Of a DNA stretch of 64,000 nucleotides, positions 1-8,312 are shown piece after piece. The translations under genes were made by a program, and so were the position numbers. Below the pieces are notes generated by a model. The model had not been told where the DNA came from, did no database searches, and saw nothing but the letters and a program-made list of their open reading frames with translations. How positions within the stretch are numbered: the first letter of the stretch is position 1; each line of letters starts with the position of its first letter. This DNA is from Bacteroidota bacterium (lineage in GTDB: Bacteria; Chloroflexota; Anaerolineae; Aggregatilineales; Phototrophicaceae): positions 112 through 64,111 of the forward strand of contig JAPUDW010000239.1 of NCBI GenBank assembly GCA_027492915.1. The letters run 5' to 3'.

Positions 1-104
1 ACAACCGCTTGCAAGCGTAATGTAAACGGACGGTGTAACATCAGTTTGCACGATGTTAAAAGGTGTGTCTTATGCGTGTCGGCTGTGCCAGAGGATGTGA
101 ATAG

Positions 105-2738
105 ATGTCAGCAGCAATTTTAGCGACCAAACTTTATGTTCCACCGGCGCGGCCAAAGGTTGTGTCGCGCCGGCGTTTGATCGACCGGTTGAACGAGGGG
201 CTGCATCATAAGCTGACCCTGATCTCCGCGCCCGCTGGCTTCGGCAAAACCACACTCGTGAGCGAATGGGCGGCGGGTAGCCAGCGCCCGACCGCTTGGC
301 TGTCGCTTGATGAAGGTGACAACGACCCGACCCGCTTTCTGGTTTACCTCGTCGCCGCGCTGCGAACAGTTGTTGAAGATATCGGTGAAGGGCTGCTGGC
401 GGTTCTCCACACGCCGCAGCCCCCGCCGATTGAGTCGATTTTGACCGCGCTGCTCAACGAAATTGCCGCCGTCCCCGATTCATTCGCTCTCGTCCTTGAT
501 GACTACCACATGATTGATACTAAATCGGTTGATGAGGCACTCACGTTTTTGCTCAAGCATTTGCCGCCGCAAATGCATTTGGTTATTGCCACCCGCGAAG
601 ACCCGCAGTTACCGCTTCCCCAACTCCGCGCACGGGGGCAGTTGACTGAACTGCGTGTGACTGACTTGCGTTTTACCCACGCCGAAGCTGCCGGATTTCT
701 AAATCAGGTGATGGGGTTAAGCCTATCTGCCGCTGACATAGCCGCGCTGGAAACCCGCACCGAAGGTTGGATCGCTGGTTTGCAGCTTGCCGCTATTTCC
801 ATGCAAGGGCATCACGATACCGCCAGCTTCATTCAATCATTTACCGGCAGTCATCATTTTGTGCTGGATTATCTAGCGGAAGAAGTCTTACATCAGCAGC
901 CGGAAAATGTGCAGACGTTCTTGCTCCACACCGCTATTCTTGACCGCCTGTGTGGTTCGCTGTGTGACGCTGTGTTAGGGGATGCGTCCGCAAAGGGTCA
1001 GGAAACCCTCGAATATATCGAACGTGCCAATCTGTTCATCATCCCCCTCGATAATGAACGCCGCTGGTATCGCTATCATCACCTTTTTGCTGACTTACTG
1101 CGCCAGCGTTTGTACGCCTCATTAACGGATGCAGGACGCAGCGTGGGTGAACTACACCTGCGTGCCAGCGCATGGTATGCCGCCAACGGTTTGGAAATTG
1201 AGGCGTTCCACCACGCCGCCGTAGCAAATGATCTTGATCAGGCCACACACATTGCCGAAGGCGGAGGGATGCCGCTGCTCTTTCGCGGTGCAGCTATGCC
1301 GGTCTTGAACTGGCTAAAATCGCTGCCGCCGTCGGAATTGAATGCGCGCCCCGTGCTATGGGTGATGTATGCCTCGGCTATCTTGTTTTCTAACCAGATT
1401 GTCGGAGTCGAGGAAAAACTCCAGTTCGCCGAAGCTGCATTAGAAAATATGCCACTGGATGATCGTGCAAAAGATTTGATCGGGCATATCGCCGCGATCC
1501 GTGCGACGGTCGCTGTGCTCCAAAATCAGGCTGATGTCATTCTTGCCCAGTCGCACCGCGCTCTGGAATATCTGCACCCTGCCAACCTGCCCGTTCGCAC
1601 AGCCACCACATGGACATTGGGTGTCGCCTACTATTTACAGGGGGATCGTGCTGCTGCTGGTCGTGCGTATGCCGAAGCCTTATCTACCAGTCAGGCGATA
1701 GGGCATATCATCATCATGATTGGATCAACCATCGGTCTTGGCAATCTGCACGAGGCTGAAAATCGGCTCACTGTAGCCGAGCAAACCTACCTGCGCGTTT
1801 TGCAAATGGTCGGTGAGCCACCCCTGCCGGTTGCCAGCGAAGCTCATCTTGGCCTTGCCCGTATCTATTACGCGCGCAACGAGATGGATGCGGCTCAACG
1901 GCATGGGCAGTTCAGCGTCCAGCTTGCCCGCCAGTTCGAAATCAGTGATCGCTTTATCGCCAGCGAGGTGTTTCTCGCTCGTCTGCGCCTCGCACGCGGG
2001 GATGTGGCTGGCGCAGATGCTATCTTGTCGCAGGCTGTTCAGTTTATGCGGCAGTACGGCTTTACGATGTGGATGCCACAAGTTGTTGCTGTACAGGTGC
2101 TTGGGCTGCTTCAACGCGGCAGCCTTACTGCGGCGGCGGAGCTAGCACAGGCGCACGAACTCCCCATGAGTCAGGCACATGTTTATCTTGCGCAGGGCAA
2201 CCCGAACGCCGCATTAGCGTTGTTGGAACCGCTGTACCAGCACGCCGAAGCCAAAAGTTGGGCGGACGAGCGGCTCAAAATTCGGGTGCTGCAAGCCGCC
2301 GCATACGGTCAGCAAGGGGACTTGGATGCGGGTCTACCACTGCTGGAGGCTGCGTTGGAAGCTGCCGCGCCAGAAGGCTTCATCCGTATTTTCGTTGATG
2401 CCGGTTTGCCGATGGCTGATCTCTTATCACAGGCGGCGGCTCGTGGGATGATGCCCGACTATCTGGGTAAGCTGCTTACCGCATTTGAACTTGAACGGCA
2501 GTACGGTGCTGCTAAAGAATTTTCGTTCACCGCCCAGCCGTTGATTGAGCCGCTTAGTCAGCGCGAGTTGGAAGTCCTGCGTTTGATCGCAAACGGACAC
2601 TCGAACCACGACATTAGCGAACGCCTTTTCCTCGCCTTAAACAGCGTCAAAGGTCACAACCGCCGCATCTTCGGCAAGCTGCAAGTGGAACGCCGTACCG
2701 AAGCCGTCGCCCGTGCCCGCGAACTTGGGTTGTTGTAG
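105..2738 (+). CDS. MalT-like (STAND NTPase-TPR-LuxR HTH) transcriptional regulator
   Basis: 877 aa; N-terminal LATKLYVP, P-loop APAGFGKTT, LVLDDYH, TEGWIAGLQL, RYHHLF; C-terminal LuxR HTH LSQRELEVLRLIANGHSN. Confidence 0.93.
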   Translation: MSAAILATKLYVPPARPKVVSRRRLIDRLNEGLHHKLTLISAPAGFGKTTLVSEWAAGSQRPTAWLSLDEGDNDPTRFLVYLVAALRTVVEDIGEGLLAVLHTPQPPPIESILTALLNEIAAVPDSFALVLDDYHMIDTKSVDEALTFLLKHLPPQMHLVIATREDPQLPLPQLRARGQLTELRVTDLRFTHAEAAGFLNQVMGLSLSAADIAALETRTEGWIAGLQLAAISMQGHHDTASFIQSFTGSHHFVLDYLAEEVLHQQPENVQTFLLHTAILDRLCGSLCDAVLGDASAKGQETLEYIERANLFIIPLDNERRWYRYHHLFADLLRQRLYASLTDAGRSVGELHLRASAWYAANGLEIEAFHHAAVANDLDQATHIAEGGGMPLLFRGAAMPVLNWLKSLPPSELNARPVLWVMYASAILFSNQIVGVEEKLQFAEAALENMPLDDRAKDLIGHIAAIRATVAVLQNQADVILAQSHRALEYLHPANLPVRTATTWTLGVAYYLQGDRAAAGRAYAEALSTSQAIGHIIIMIGSTIGLGNLHEAENRLTVAEQTYLRVLQMVGEPPLPVASEAHLGLARIYYARNEMDAAQRHGQFSVQLARQFEISDRFIASEVFLARLRLARGDVAGADAILSQAVQFMRQYGFTMWMPQVVAVQVLGLLQRGSLTAAAELAQAHELPMSQAHVYLAQGNPNAALALLEPLYQHAEAKSWADERLKIRVLQAAAYGQQGDLDAGLPLLEAALEAAAPEGFIRIFVDAGLPMADLLSQAAARGMMPDYLGKLLTAFELERQYGAAKEFSFTAQPLIEPLSQRELEVLRLIANGHSNHDISERLFLALNSVKGHNRRIFGKLQVERRTEAVARARELGLL

Positions 2739-2757
2739 GAACTCACAAAACTTCCAG

Positions 2758-2815
2758 CAACACCCCAAAACAACACTTTAGTGTCTATACACCGTCACCC
2801 CGCTGGCGATATGCT
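2758..2815 (+). promoter_or_regulatory. Putative operator/promoter downstream of the MalT-like gene
   Basis: CAACAC at 2758 and 2771, near-palindrome ACACTTTAGTGT 2773-2784, -10-like TATGCT 2810-2815. Confidence 0.45.
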
Positions 2816-2872
2816 GCTTTGTACGTTGAGCAAGTGGCACACGGTTCATGTGGTCACAACAGGGATACCCGA

Positions 2873-3145
2873 ATGGCAAACAAACCGAAACCGGACAGGG
2901 GTTTAGCGCAGCCCACCGTCTATCAAATCCGCATTAAGGGGCATCTCGGTCGTCAATGGTCTAGTTGGTTTGAAGGCTTGTCCATCACGCTGGAGGCCAA
3001 CGGCGATACGCTGCTCACCGGTTCGGTGGCAGATCAAGCCGCGCTGCATGGATTGCTCAAAAAGGTGCGCGATTTAGGACTGCCGTTGATTGCCGTAAAC
3101 CCGATTGAACCGGACAGGACACCCGCACCGACCGTCAAACCGTGA
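2873..3145 (+). CDS. Small conserved protein (YQIRIKGHL...W..WF...DQAALHGLL..VRDLGL; ACT-like), usual partner of MalT-like regulators
   Basis: ATG at 2873 inside ORF 2819-3145, preceded by AGGGA; characteristic motif. Confidence 0.8.
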   Translation: MANKPKPDRGLAQPTVYQIRIKGHLGRQWSSWFEGLSITLEANGDTLLTGSVADQAALHGLLKKVRDLGLPLIAVNPIEPDRTPAPTVKP

Positions 3146-3182
3146 ATAGATTAATTAAGTTCATCAAGATAGGTAGTAAAAA

Positions 3183-4175
3183 ATGAATTCCGCTATGAAA
3201 GCAATCGTAAGCACTCAATATGGTTCACCGGATGTCATGCGGCTTCAAACGATTGAAAAGCCTGTTCCGGGGGATGGTGAAGTGCTGGTCAAAATTCACG
3301 CGGCATCCGTGAATGCTGCCGATTGGCACTGTTTACGTGGTTCACCGTTCTTCCTGCGTTTTGAGTTTGGTTTGCTCAAGCCTAAACATACGGTACTCGG
3401 CGCAGATATCGCGGGGACGGTTGAAGCGGTAGGCAAAGATGTAACCTTGTTTAAGGCCGGTGACGAGGTGTTTGGCGATCTATCGGGCAGCGGGTGGGGC
3501 GGGTATGCCGAATATGCCGCCGTTCCCGAAAATGTGTTGGCTCTAAAATCCGCCAAGCTGACGTTCGAGGAAGCTGCCGCCGTGCCGATGGCAGCCGTTA
3601 CCGCGTTAAACGGCCTGCGGGATAAAGGGCAAATTAAAGCTGGTCAAAAGGTGCTGGTGAATGGTGCGTCCGGTGGTGTGGGTACGTTCGCGGTGCAGCT
3701 TGCGAAAGCCTTCGGTGCGAAGGTGACCGCTGTGTGCAGCACCCAAAAAGTCGAGATGGTGAAGGCGCTGGGGGCAGACCATGTGATTGACTACACCAAA
3801 ACCGACTTTACCAAAAACGGTCAGCAGTATGACTTGATATTAGCTGCGAATGGCAACCTGAGCATGTCGGCTTATAAACGTGCATTGTCACCACAGGGCA
3901 TCTGCGTGGTGGCGGGTGGCTCGATGTCGCAAATCTTAAACTCGATGATTTTCGGCTCGATGCTGTCCAAGAAGGGTGGCAAGAAAATCATGGGTTTGTT
4001 TTCGGGGCCGAATCCCGACCACCTCGCCTTCTTGAACACGCTGATCGACAGTGGCAAGGTGAGGCCGGTGATCGACCGCCGCTACCCCCTAAGCGAAACC
4101 GCCGAAGCGCTGCGCTACGTTGAAGCCGGACACGCAAAAGGGAAAGTCGTTGTTAGTCTGGAGGGTATCTCATGA
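3183..4175 (+). CDS. NAD(P)-dependent medium-chain dehydrogenase/quinone oxidoreductase-like protein
   Basis: MKAIV..YGSPDV, GADIAG, NGASGGVGTFAVQLAK, C-terminal GHAKGKVV. Confidence 0.9.
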   Translation: MNSAMKAIVSTQYGSPDVMRLQTIEKPVPGDGEVLVKIHAASVNAADWHCLRGSPFFLRFEFGLLKPKHTVLGADIAGTVEAVGKDVTLFKAGDEVFGDLSGSGWGGYAEYAAVPENVLALKSAKLTFEEAAAVPMAAVTALNGLRDKGQIKAGQKVLVNGASGGVGTFAVQLAKAFGAKVTAVCSTQKVEMVKALGADHVIDYTKTDFTKNGQQYDLILAANGNLSMSAYKRALSPQGICVVAGGSMSQILNSMIFGSMLSKKGGKKIMGLFSGPNPDHLAFLNTLIDSGKVRPVIDRRYPLSETAEALRYVEAGHAKGKVVVSLEGIS

Positions 4176-5161
4176 AAGCAGTCGTCTTTACCCGCTACGG
4201 TTCGCCGGATGTGCTGCAACTCCGGCAAATTGCGAAACCGGCGCTCAAGGATGACGAAGTGCTGATCAAAGTACACGCGACCACCGTCACGATGGGGGAC
4301 TGCGAAATCCGAAGTTCGCGTTTTCCGCTGTGGCTGTGGCCGCTTATCCGCATCTGGATCGGTGTTTTTAGACCGCGCAAAAAGGTTTTGGGGCAAGAAC
4401 TCGCCGGAGAAGTGGAAGCTGTTGGAAAATCGGTTACACGGTTTCAAAAGGGCGAGTCAATCTTTGCTTCAACGGGTATGCACTTAGGCTCGTATGCTGA
4501 ATATGTCGTGCTTCCCGAAGCGCCGGAGGAAGGTGTGCTGGCAGCCAAACCTGCCAACATGACCTACGCCGAAGCCGCCGCGCTGCCGGTGGGTGGCTTG
4601 ATCGCGTGGGACTTCTTGAGCAGGGCAACTATTCAAGCTGGACAAAAAGTGCTGATTAACGGCGCGGGTGGCAGCATCGGCACTTATGCTGTCCAAATCG
4701 CTAAAGTGTTCGGCGCGGAAGTCACGAGTGTCGATAGCACCGCGAAGTTGGACATGCTGCGCACTATTGGCAGTGACCATGTTATTGATTACACACAGGA
4801 CGATTTCACCCGCAGCGGCGTGACCTATGATGTTATTTTTGACATTGTGGGCAAAAGCCCATTTTCTCGCAGCCTCAAATCACTTCAACCCGATGGTCGC
4901 TACTTACTCGCTAACCCCGGTTTATCCTATATGCTGCGGGGAGCATGGGTTTCGCGCAGCACCAACCAGAAGGTGATATTCACCGCCCCAACGCCCAAGC
5001 CAGAAGACATCACCGAATTGCAAGCATTGATCGAAGCGGGTCAGGTCAAAACCGTCATCGACCGCTATTATCCACTGGAGCAAACCGCCGATGCCCATCG
5101 CTATGTGGATACAGGGCGCAAGCAGGGGAATGTCATCATCACACTGGCGCACCAGTCCTAA
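4172..5161 (+). CDS. NAD(P)-dependent medium-chain dehydrogenase, tandem paralogue
   Basis: MKAVV..YGSPDV, NGAGGSIGTYAVQIAK; ATGA overlap with the previous gene. Confidence 0.9.
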   Translation: MKAVVFTRYGSPDVLQLRQIAKPALKDDEVLIKVHATTVTMGDCEIRSSRFPLWLWPLIRIWIGVFRPRKKVLGQELAGEVEAVGKSVTRFQKGESIFASTGMHLGSYAEYVVLPEAPEEGVLAAKPANMTYAEAAALPVGGLIAWDFLSRATIQAGQKVLINGAGGSIGTYAVQIAKVFGAEVTSVDSTAKLDMLRTIGSDHVIDYTQDDFTRSGVTYDVIFDIVGKSPFSRSLKSLQPDGRYLLANPGLSYMLRGAWVSRSTNQKVIFTAPTPKPEDITELQALIEAGQVKTVIDRYYPLEQTADAHRYVDTGRKQGNVIITLAHQS

Positions 5162-5170
5162 CGGCGTTCC

Positions 5171-6403
5171 TCACGAGTCGTTTTCGAGCGTCAATCCGTG
5201 CATCTGTGGTTGCTGCCCACTGGTGTAAAACGCGCGGTTCTGCTCGATATAAAACGGGAAGTCTTCTTCCCAATACTGGCGCGGGTCTTGCCGCAGCAGC
5301 ACCGAGAAGGCCGCGTACAGGTCGGGGTTTTGCGCGGCGAAGGTGTGCGGGTTGCGGAAGAACATCTCCAGATAACCTGCTAAAAACTCGCCGTTGTTCT
5401 GGAACACATACGGATGTCCTATAGGGAATACATCCGTTTTTTCACCCGCCGCCAGCTTGTCGTAGCGCTGCATCTCAATCCGCTTGCCTTTGACGAACGC
5501 CGAACGTGCTTCCGGTGTGAAAATATCCGCGCCATCCGGTGGAAAGCGGTCATCCGATTGGCGCATCCCCGGCATCCAGCCAAAACTCTTGGCTGACTGT
5601 TTGAGGTGCGCCGCGTCAAAGAAGTCCAGCAAGTGCCCGAACTCGTGCAGGAAGGGCGCGACCCCTGGCGCAGGCTGGTTGAAGCCCTCGAACAAGCGGC
5701 TGACCACCAGCTTAATGCAGCCCTCCTGTGTGTCGTAGCAGCCACCTGCCACGCCACCATCGGCCTTATACGCGGCAGCATCCGTATACAGCCGGATATG
5801 CACACCCGTCCGCAGCAAACGGTCGAGAATATCTTGGCGGTAGAAAAACACCTCGGCGATATGCCCCGCTACTAAGTAACCAAGCGCGGGTAGGTTTGGG
5901 ATAAAATTCCTGAATTTACCAATCGGGCGTTCGTAAGTCTCTATCCGCTTTAAACTATGAACACCCTGAGCATTAAAAACAATTGAACGCTCATCATATG
6001 TACCCAGAAATTTGAGGTCAAATCCCTCGTGCAGCATCACCTTCTGCACGATTTCGTGGAAGTGGCGGCGCTGGGCTTTATCTAAACTTTTGACCAATGG
6101 AAAGTAGGTTTCCATGTAGCGTGGACGGTGCGTGAGCGCAAAGATATGGAAGGCGAGTTGAGGACGACAGGTGCTTAAGGTTAGCGTTTCAAGCTGCAGC
6201 AGATTATCGAACACACTATTGATGGAAACTTGTTCACGCCCATCAATATCCAGTGATTCATCCACATTAATTTTAGTGTCGCCAATATACAAGCCATCAT
6301 ACAAGGTGCCGCTTTTGACACGGCTCGTGGCCTCAATAAGTGGTGATACTTGGCTTAACCGAAACTGCTGGTAGTACACATCTGACCATTTTACCGTTGT
6401 CAT
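5171..6403 (-). CDS. Zinc-dependent peptidase (MtfA/M90-like) with extra N-terminal domain
   Basis: HEFGHLLD zincin motif; NNGEFLAGYLEMFFRNP..F....PDLY; LRQDP C-terminus typical of MtfA. Confidence 0.75.
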   Translation of the reverse strand: MTTVKWSDVYYQQFRLSQVSPLIEATSRVKSGTLYDGLYIGDTKINVDESLDIDGREQVSINSVFDNLLQLETLTLSTCRPQLAFHIFALTHRPRYMETYFPLVKSLDKAQRRHFHEIVQKVMLHEGFDLKFLGTYDERSIVFNAQGVHSLKRIETYERPIGKFRNFIPNLPALGYLVAGHIAEVFFYRQDILDRLLRTGVHIRLYTDAAAYKADGGVAGGCYDTQEGCIKLVVSRLFEGFNQPAPGVAPFLHEFGHLLDFFDAAHLKQSAKSFGWMPGMRQSDDRFPPDGADIFTPEARSAFVKGKRIEMQRYDKLAAGEKTDVFPIGHPYVFQNNGEFLAGYLEMFFRNPHTFAAQNPDLYAAFSVLLRQDPRQYWEEDFPFYIEQNRAFYTSGQQPQMHGLTLENDS

Positions 6404-6408
6404 GCTGG

Positions 6409-6981
6409 TTATCCTGCTGGCAGCGGGTAAGCTGCCGCCTCATAAACCTCGACCGTTACCGTGTCGCCAATCTGCACCACGCCTGCCCGTTCGACCATCC
6501 CGACGAGACCGCGCTTGTGCATCGCGGCCTTCACAAAACGGTTGGGTGAAACACCAACATCAGGATACTTCGAGACAATCACCCGCCCTGGCCCGATGCA
6601 TGGCATATTTTCACCCTCGACCACCAGCACCGCGCCCGATGGGAAGATCAGTTTCGTGCCTTTGGGCAGCAGGGTGAAGTCGGGGATGCCGCTGAATGAT
6701 AGGTTCGCGCCCAGCCACGCGGGGGCAATCGTTTCTACGCCCATCGCTCGTGCCGCTTCGGCCAGTTCATCCGGCGTGACGGCTGACCATTGGCGGTCGT
6801 TCCGCATGGGTGTGCCGCGCTTGTATTCGGGGTTTCGCGCATCTGCCTTCTTGGTGAACCCCGCGTGTTTATCACCTACGATACCTTCCAACGTGAAGTC
6901 TAGCGACGCACACGGGTTTTTTTCGAGTCCCTTGTGGTCGCCAATGTACAGTGCATCCACCGTTGCTTGCAAGATCATCAT
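6409..6981 (-). CDS. MOSC domain protein
   Basis: EGIVGDKHAG, LGANL, GENMPC, RGLVGMVERAG.VQIGD. Confidence 0.85.
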   Translation of the reverse strand: MMILQATVDALYIGDHKGLEKNPCASLDFTLEGIVGDKHAGFTKKADARNPEYKRGTPMRNDRQWSAVTPDELAEAARAMGVETIAPAWLGANLSFSGIPDFTLLPKGTKLIFPSGAVLVVEGENMPCIGPGRVIVSKYPDVGVSPNRFVKAAMHKRGLVGMVERAGVVQIGDTVTVEVYEAAAYPLPAG

Positions 6982-7076
6982 GGATACCTATTGAGGGGCT
7001 TTAATGGGGTGGGGATGAATACAGGGAGGGAACTTGGCCCCTCCCCACCAATCACATGCACATTTCGCATGATGGG

Positions 7077-7111
7077 TCTATCGACTAAAGACGACGAACT
7101 AACGACTAAAC
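7077..7111. repeat. Degenerate heptamer repeat element; reverse-orientation copy at 32614-32644
   Basis: Reverse complement GTCGTTAGTTCGTCGTCTTTAGTCGATAG versus GTCGTTAGTCTGTCGTTTTTAGTTGATAG at ~32615. Confidence 0.6.
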
Positions 7112-8248
7112 CTACTTTGCCTTACGCCCACCGCTCAATGACTTCTGGTAGGCTTCCAACCCCACGAAGTCACCATTCGCGGCATACGAGGCTTGCTCTG
7201 CCCATGTTGGCACGCTGGGGGCGAAGCGCATCCCAGCCGCCACAATCGCTGCGTTAATATCCGCCTCGCTTGCGCCGGAAAGCTGGGCGAAGGTGGTGAT
7301 GCCTGCTGCGTGCAGCGCCTTCTCCATCTTCGGGCCAATGCCTTCGATCACCTTGAGGTCATCCGGTTTGGCAGGGTCGGCGTTGATCGGCAGAGTAGAA
7401 GTGGGTGCGGCGTTTGCCAGCGGCGTGGCGGAAACATCCGGTTCAACAGCTTTGCTGCCCTTACCGCGATTTAAAGTTTTGGGTTCGGGTGCTGCGCCTT
7501 CGGTCGGCTTGGATAAAGTCGCGGGGCGGCCTGATGCATCTTCCACCGGTACCGATGGCAGTGACACCCCATCCGGCGCATGTGCAGCCTGTTCAGGGTC
7601 GGTTTCCGGCGCGGACGCAGAGGGCGGCGGGGCGGACTTTTCCTCGATTGTCGTGGCTGCTGGTGCTGCTGCTGGCGGATGCTGTTCCGCATCCGGCGCG
7701 GGTGGTGGTGGTTCGGTTTTATCTTCAGCAATCGCGTCACGCGGCGGGGCATCCGTTAAGGCAGCCGCAGCACGTTCACCAACCGCCGATTCGGGCGCTT
7801 GTGCCGAGTCAACATCCGGTCGCGGCTGCGGTGGCATCGGTGGCGCTTGGGTTTCAACTACGGGTTCGGTGTAGGCGGTCGCCGTCGTCGAAGCGGGTGG
7901 TGCAGCAACCAACACATCGGCGACGGGTGCAGCCGCAGCCGAAAGGATCGGTTCAGGCGGTGCGGCTGGGTTCGGTTCAGCCTGTTGATAGGCCGCGCCG
8001 GGGGTTACCGATGTGAGGATCGGGCGTTCGTAGGTGATCGGCTCGATCTCCGTATCGATGGTCTCCGAGTCGTCCACACCCCGGCTGCTCAGGCGGTCAT
8101 AACCCCAGATCGCCAGTGCGATCAGCAGTAGGATGAGTACCGGCGACCAGTCACCGAGCGGGGCGCTGCTGGCAATAAAATTCAATGCCAGAAAAATAAC
8201 GATTACGATAAGCGTAATAAGGGACAAGTTGCGTGTTGAGCGATCCAT
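7112..8248 (-). CDS. Membrane-anchored Pro/Ala-rich protein with C-terminal helix-hairpin-helix (DUF4332-like) domain
   Basis: Two N-terminal hydrophobic helices, long P/A/E linker, PDDLKVIEGIGPKMEKALHAAGITTFAQL...W.EQA. Confidence 0.8.
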   Translation of the reverse strand: MDRSTRNLSLITLIVIVIFLALNFIASSAPLGDWSPVLILLLIALAIWGYDRLSSRGVDDSETIDTEIEPITYERPILTSVTPGAAYQQAEPNPAAPPEPILSAAAAPVADVLVAAPPASTTATAYTEPVVETQAPPMPPQPRPDVDSAQAPESAVGERAAAALTDAPPRDAIAEDKTEPPPPAPDAEQHPPAAAPAATTIEEKSAPPPSASAPETDPEQAAHAPDGVSLPSVPVEDASGRPATLSKPTEGAAPEPKTLNRGKGSKAVEPDVSATPLANAAPTSTLPINADPAKPDDLKVIEGIGPKMEKALHAAGITTFAQLSGASEADINAAIVAAGMRFAPSVPTWAEQASYAANGDFVGLEAYQKSLSGGRKAK

Positions 8249-8312
8249 TCGTCCATCCTTCGTGAATGAGATTGACCACAGCGTTTGTCTGATTGTAACC
8301 CAAAAGCGCTTA

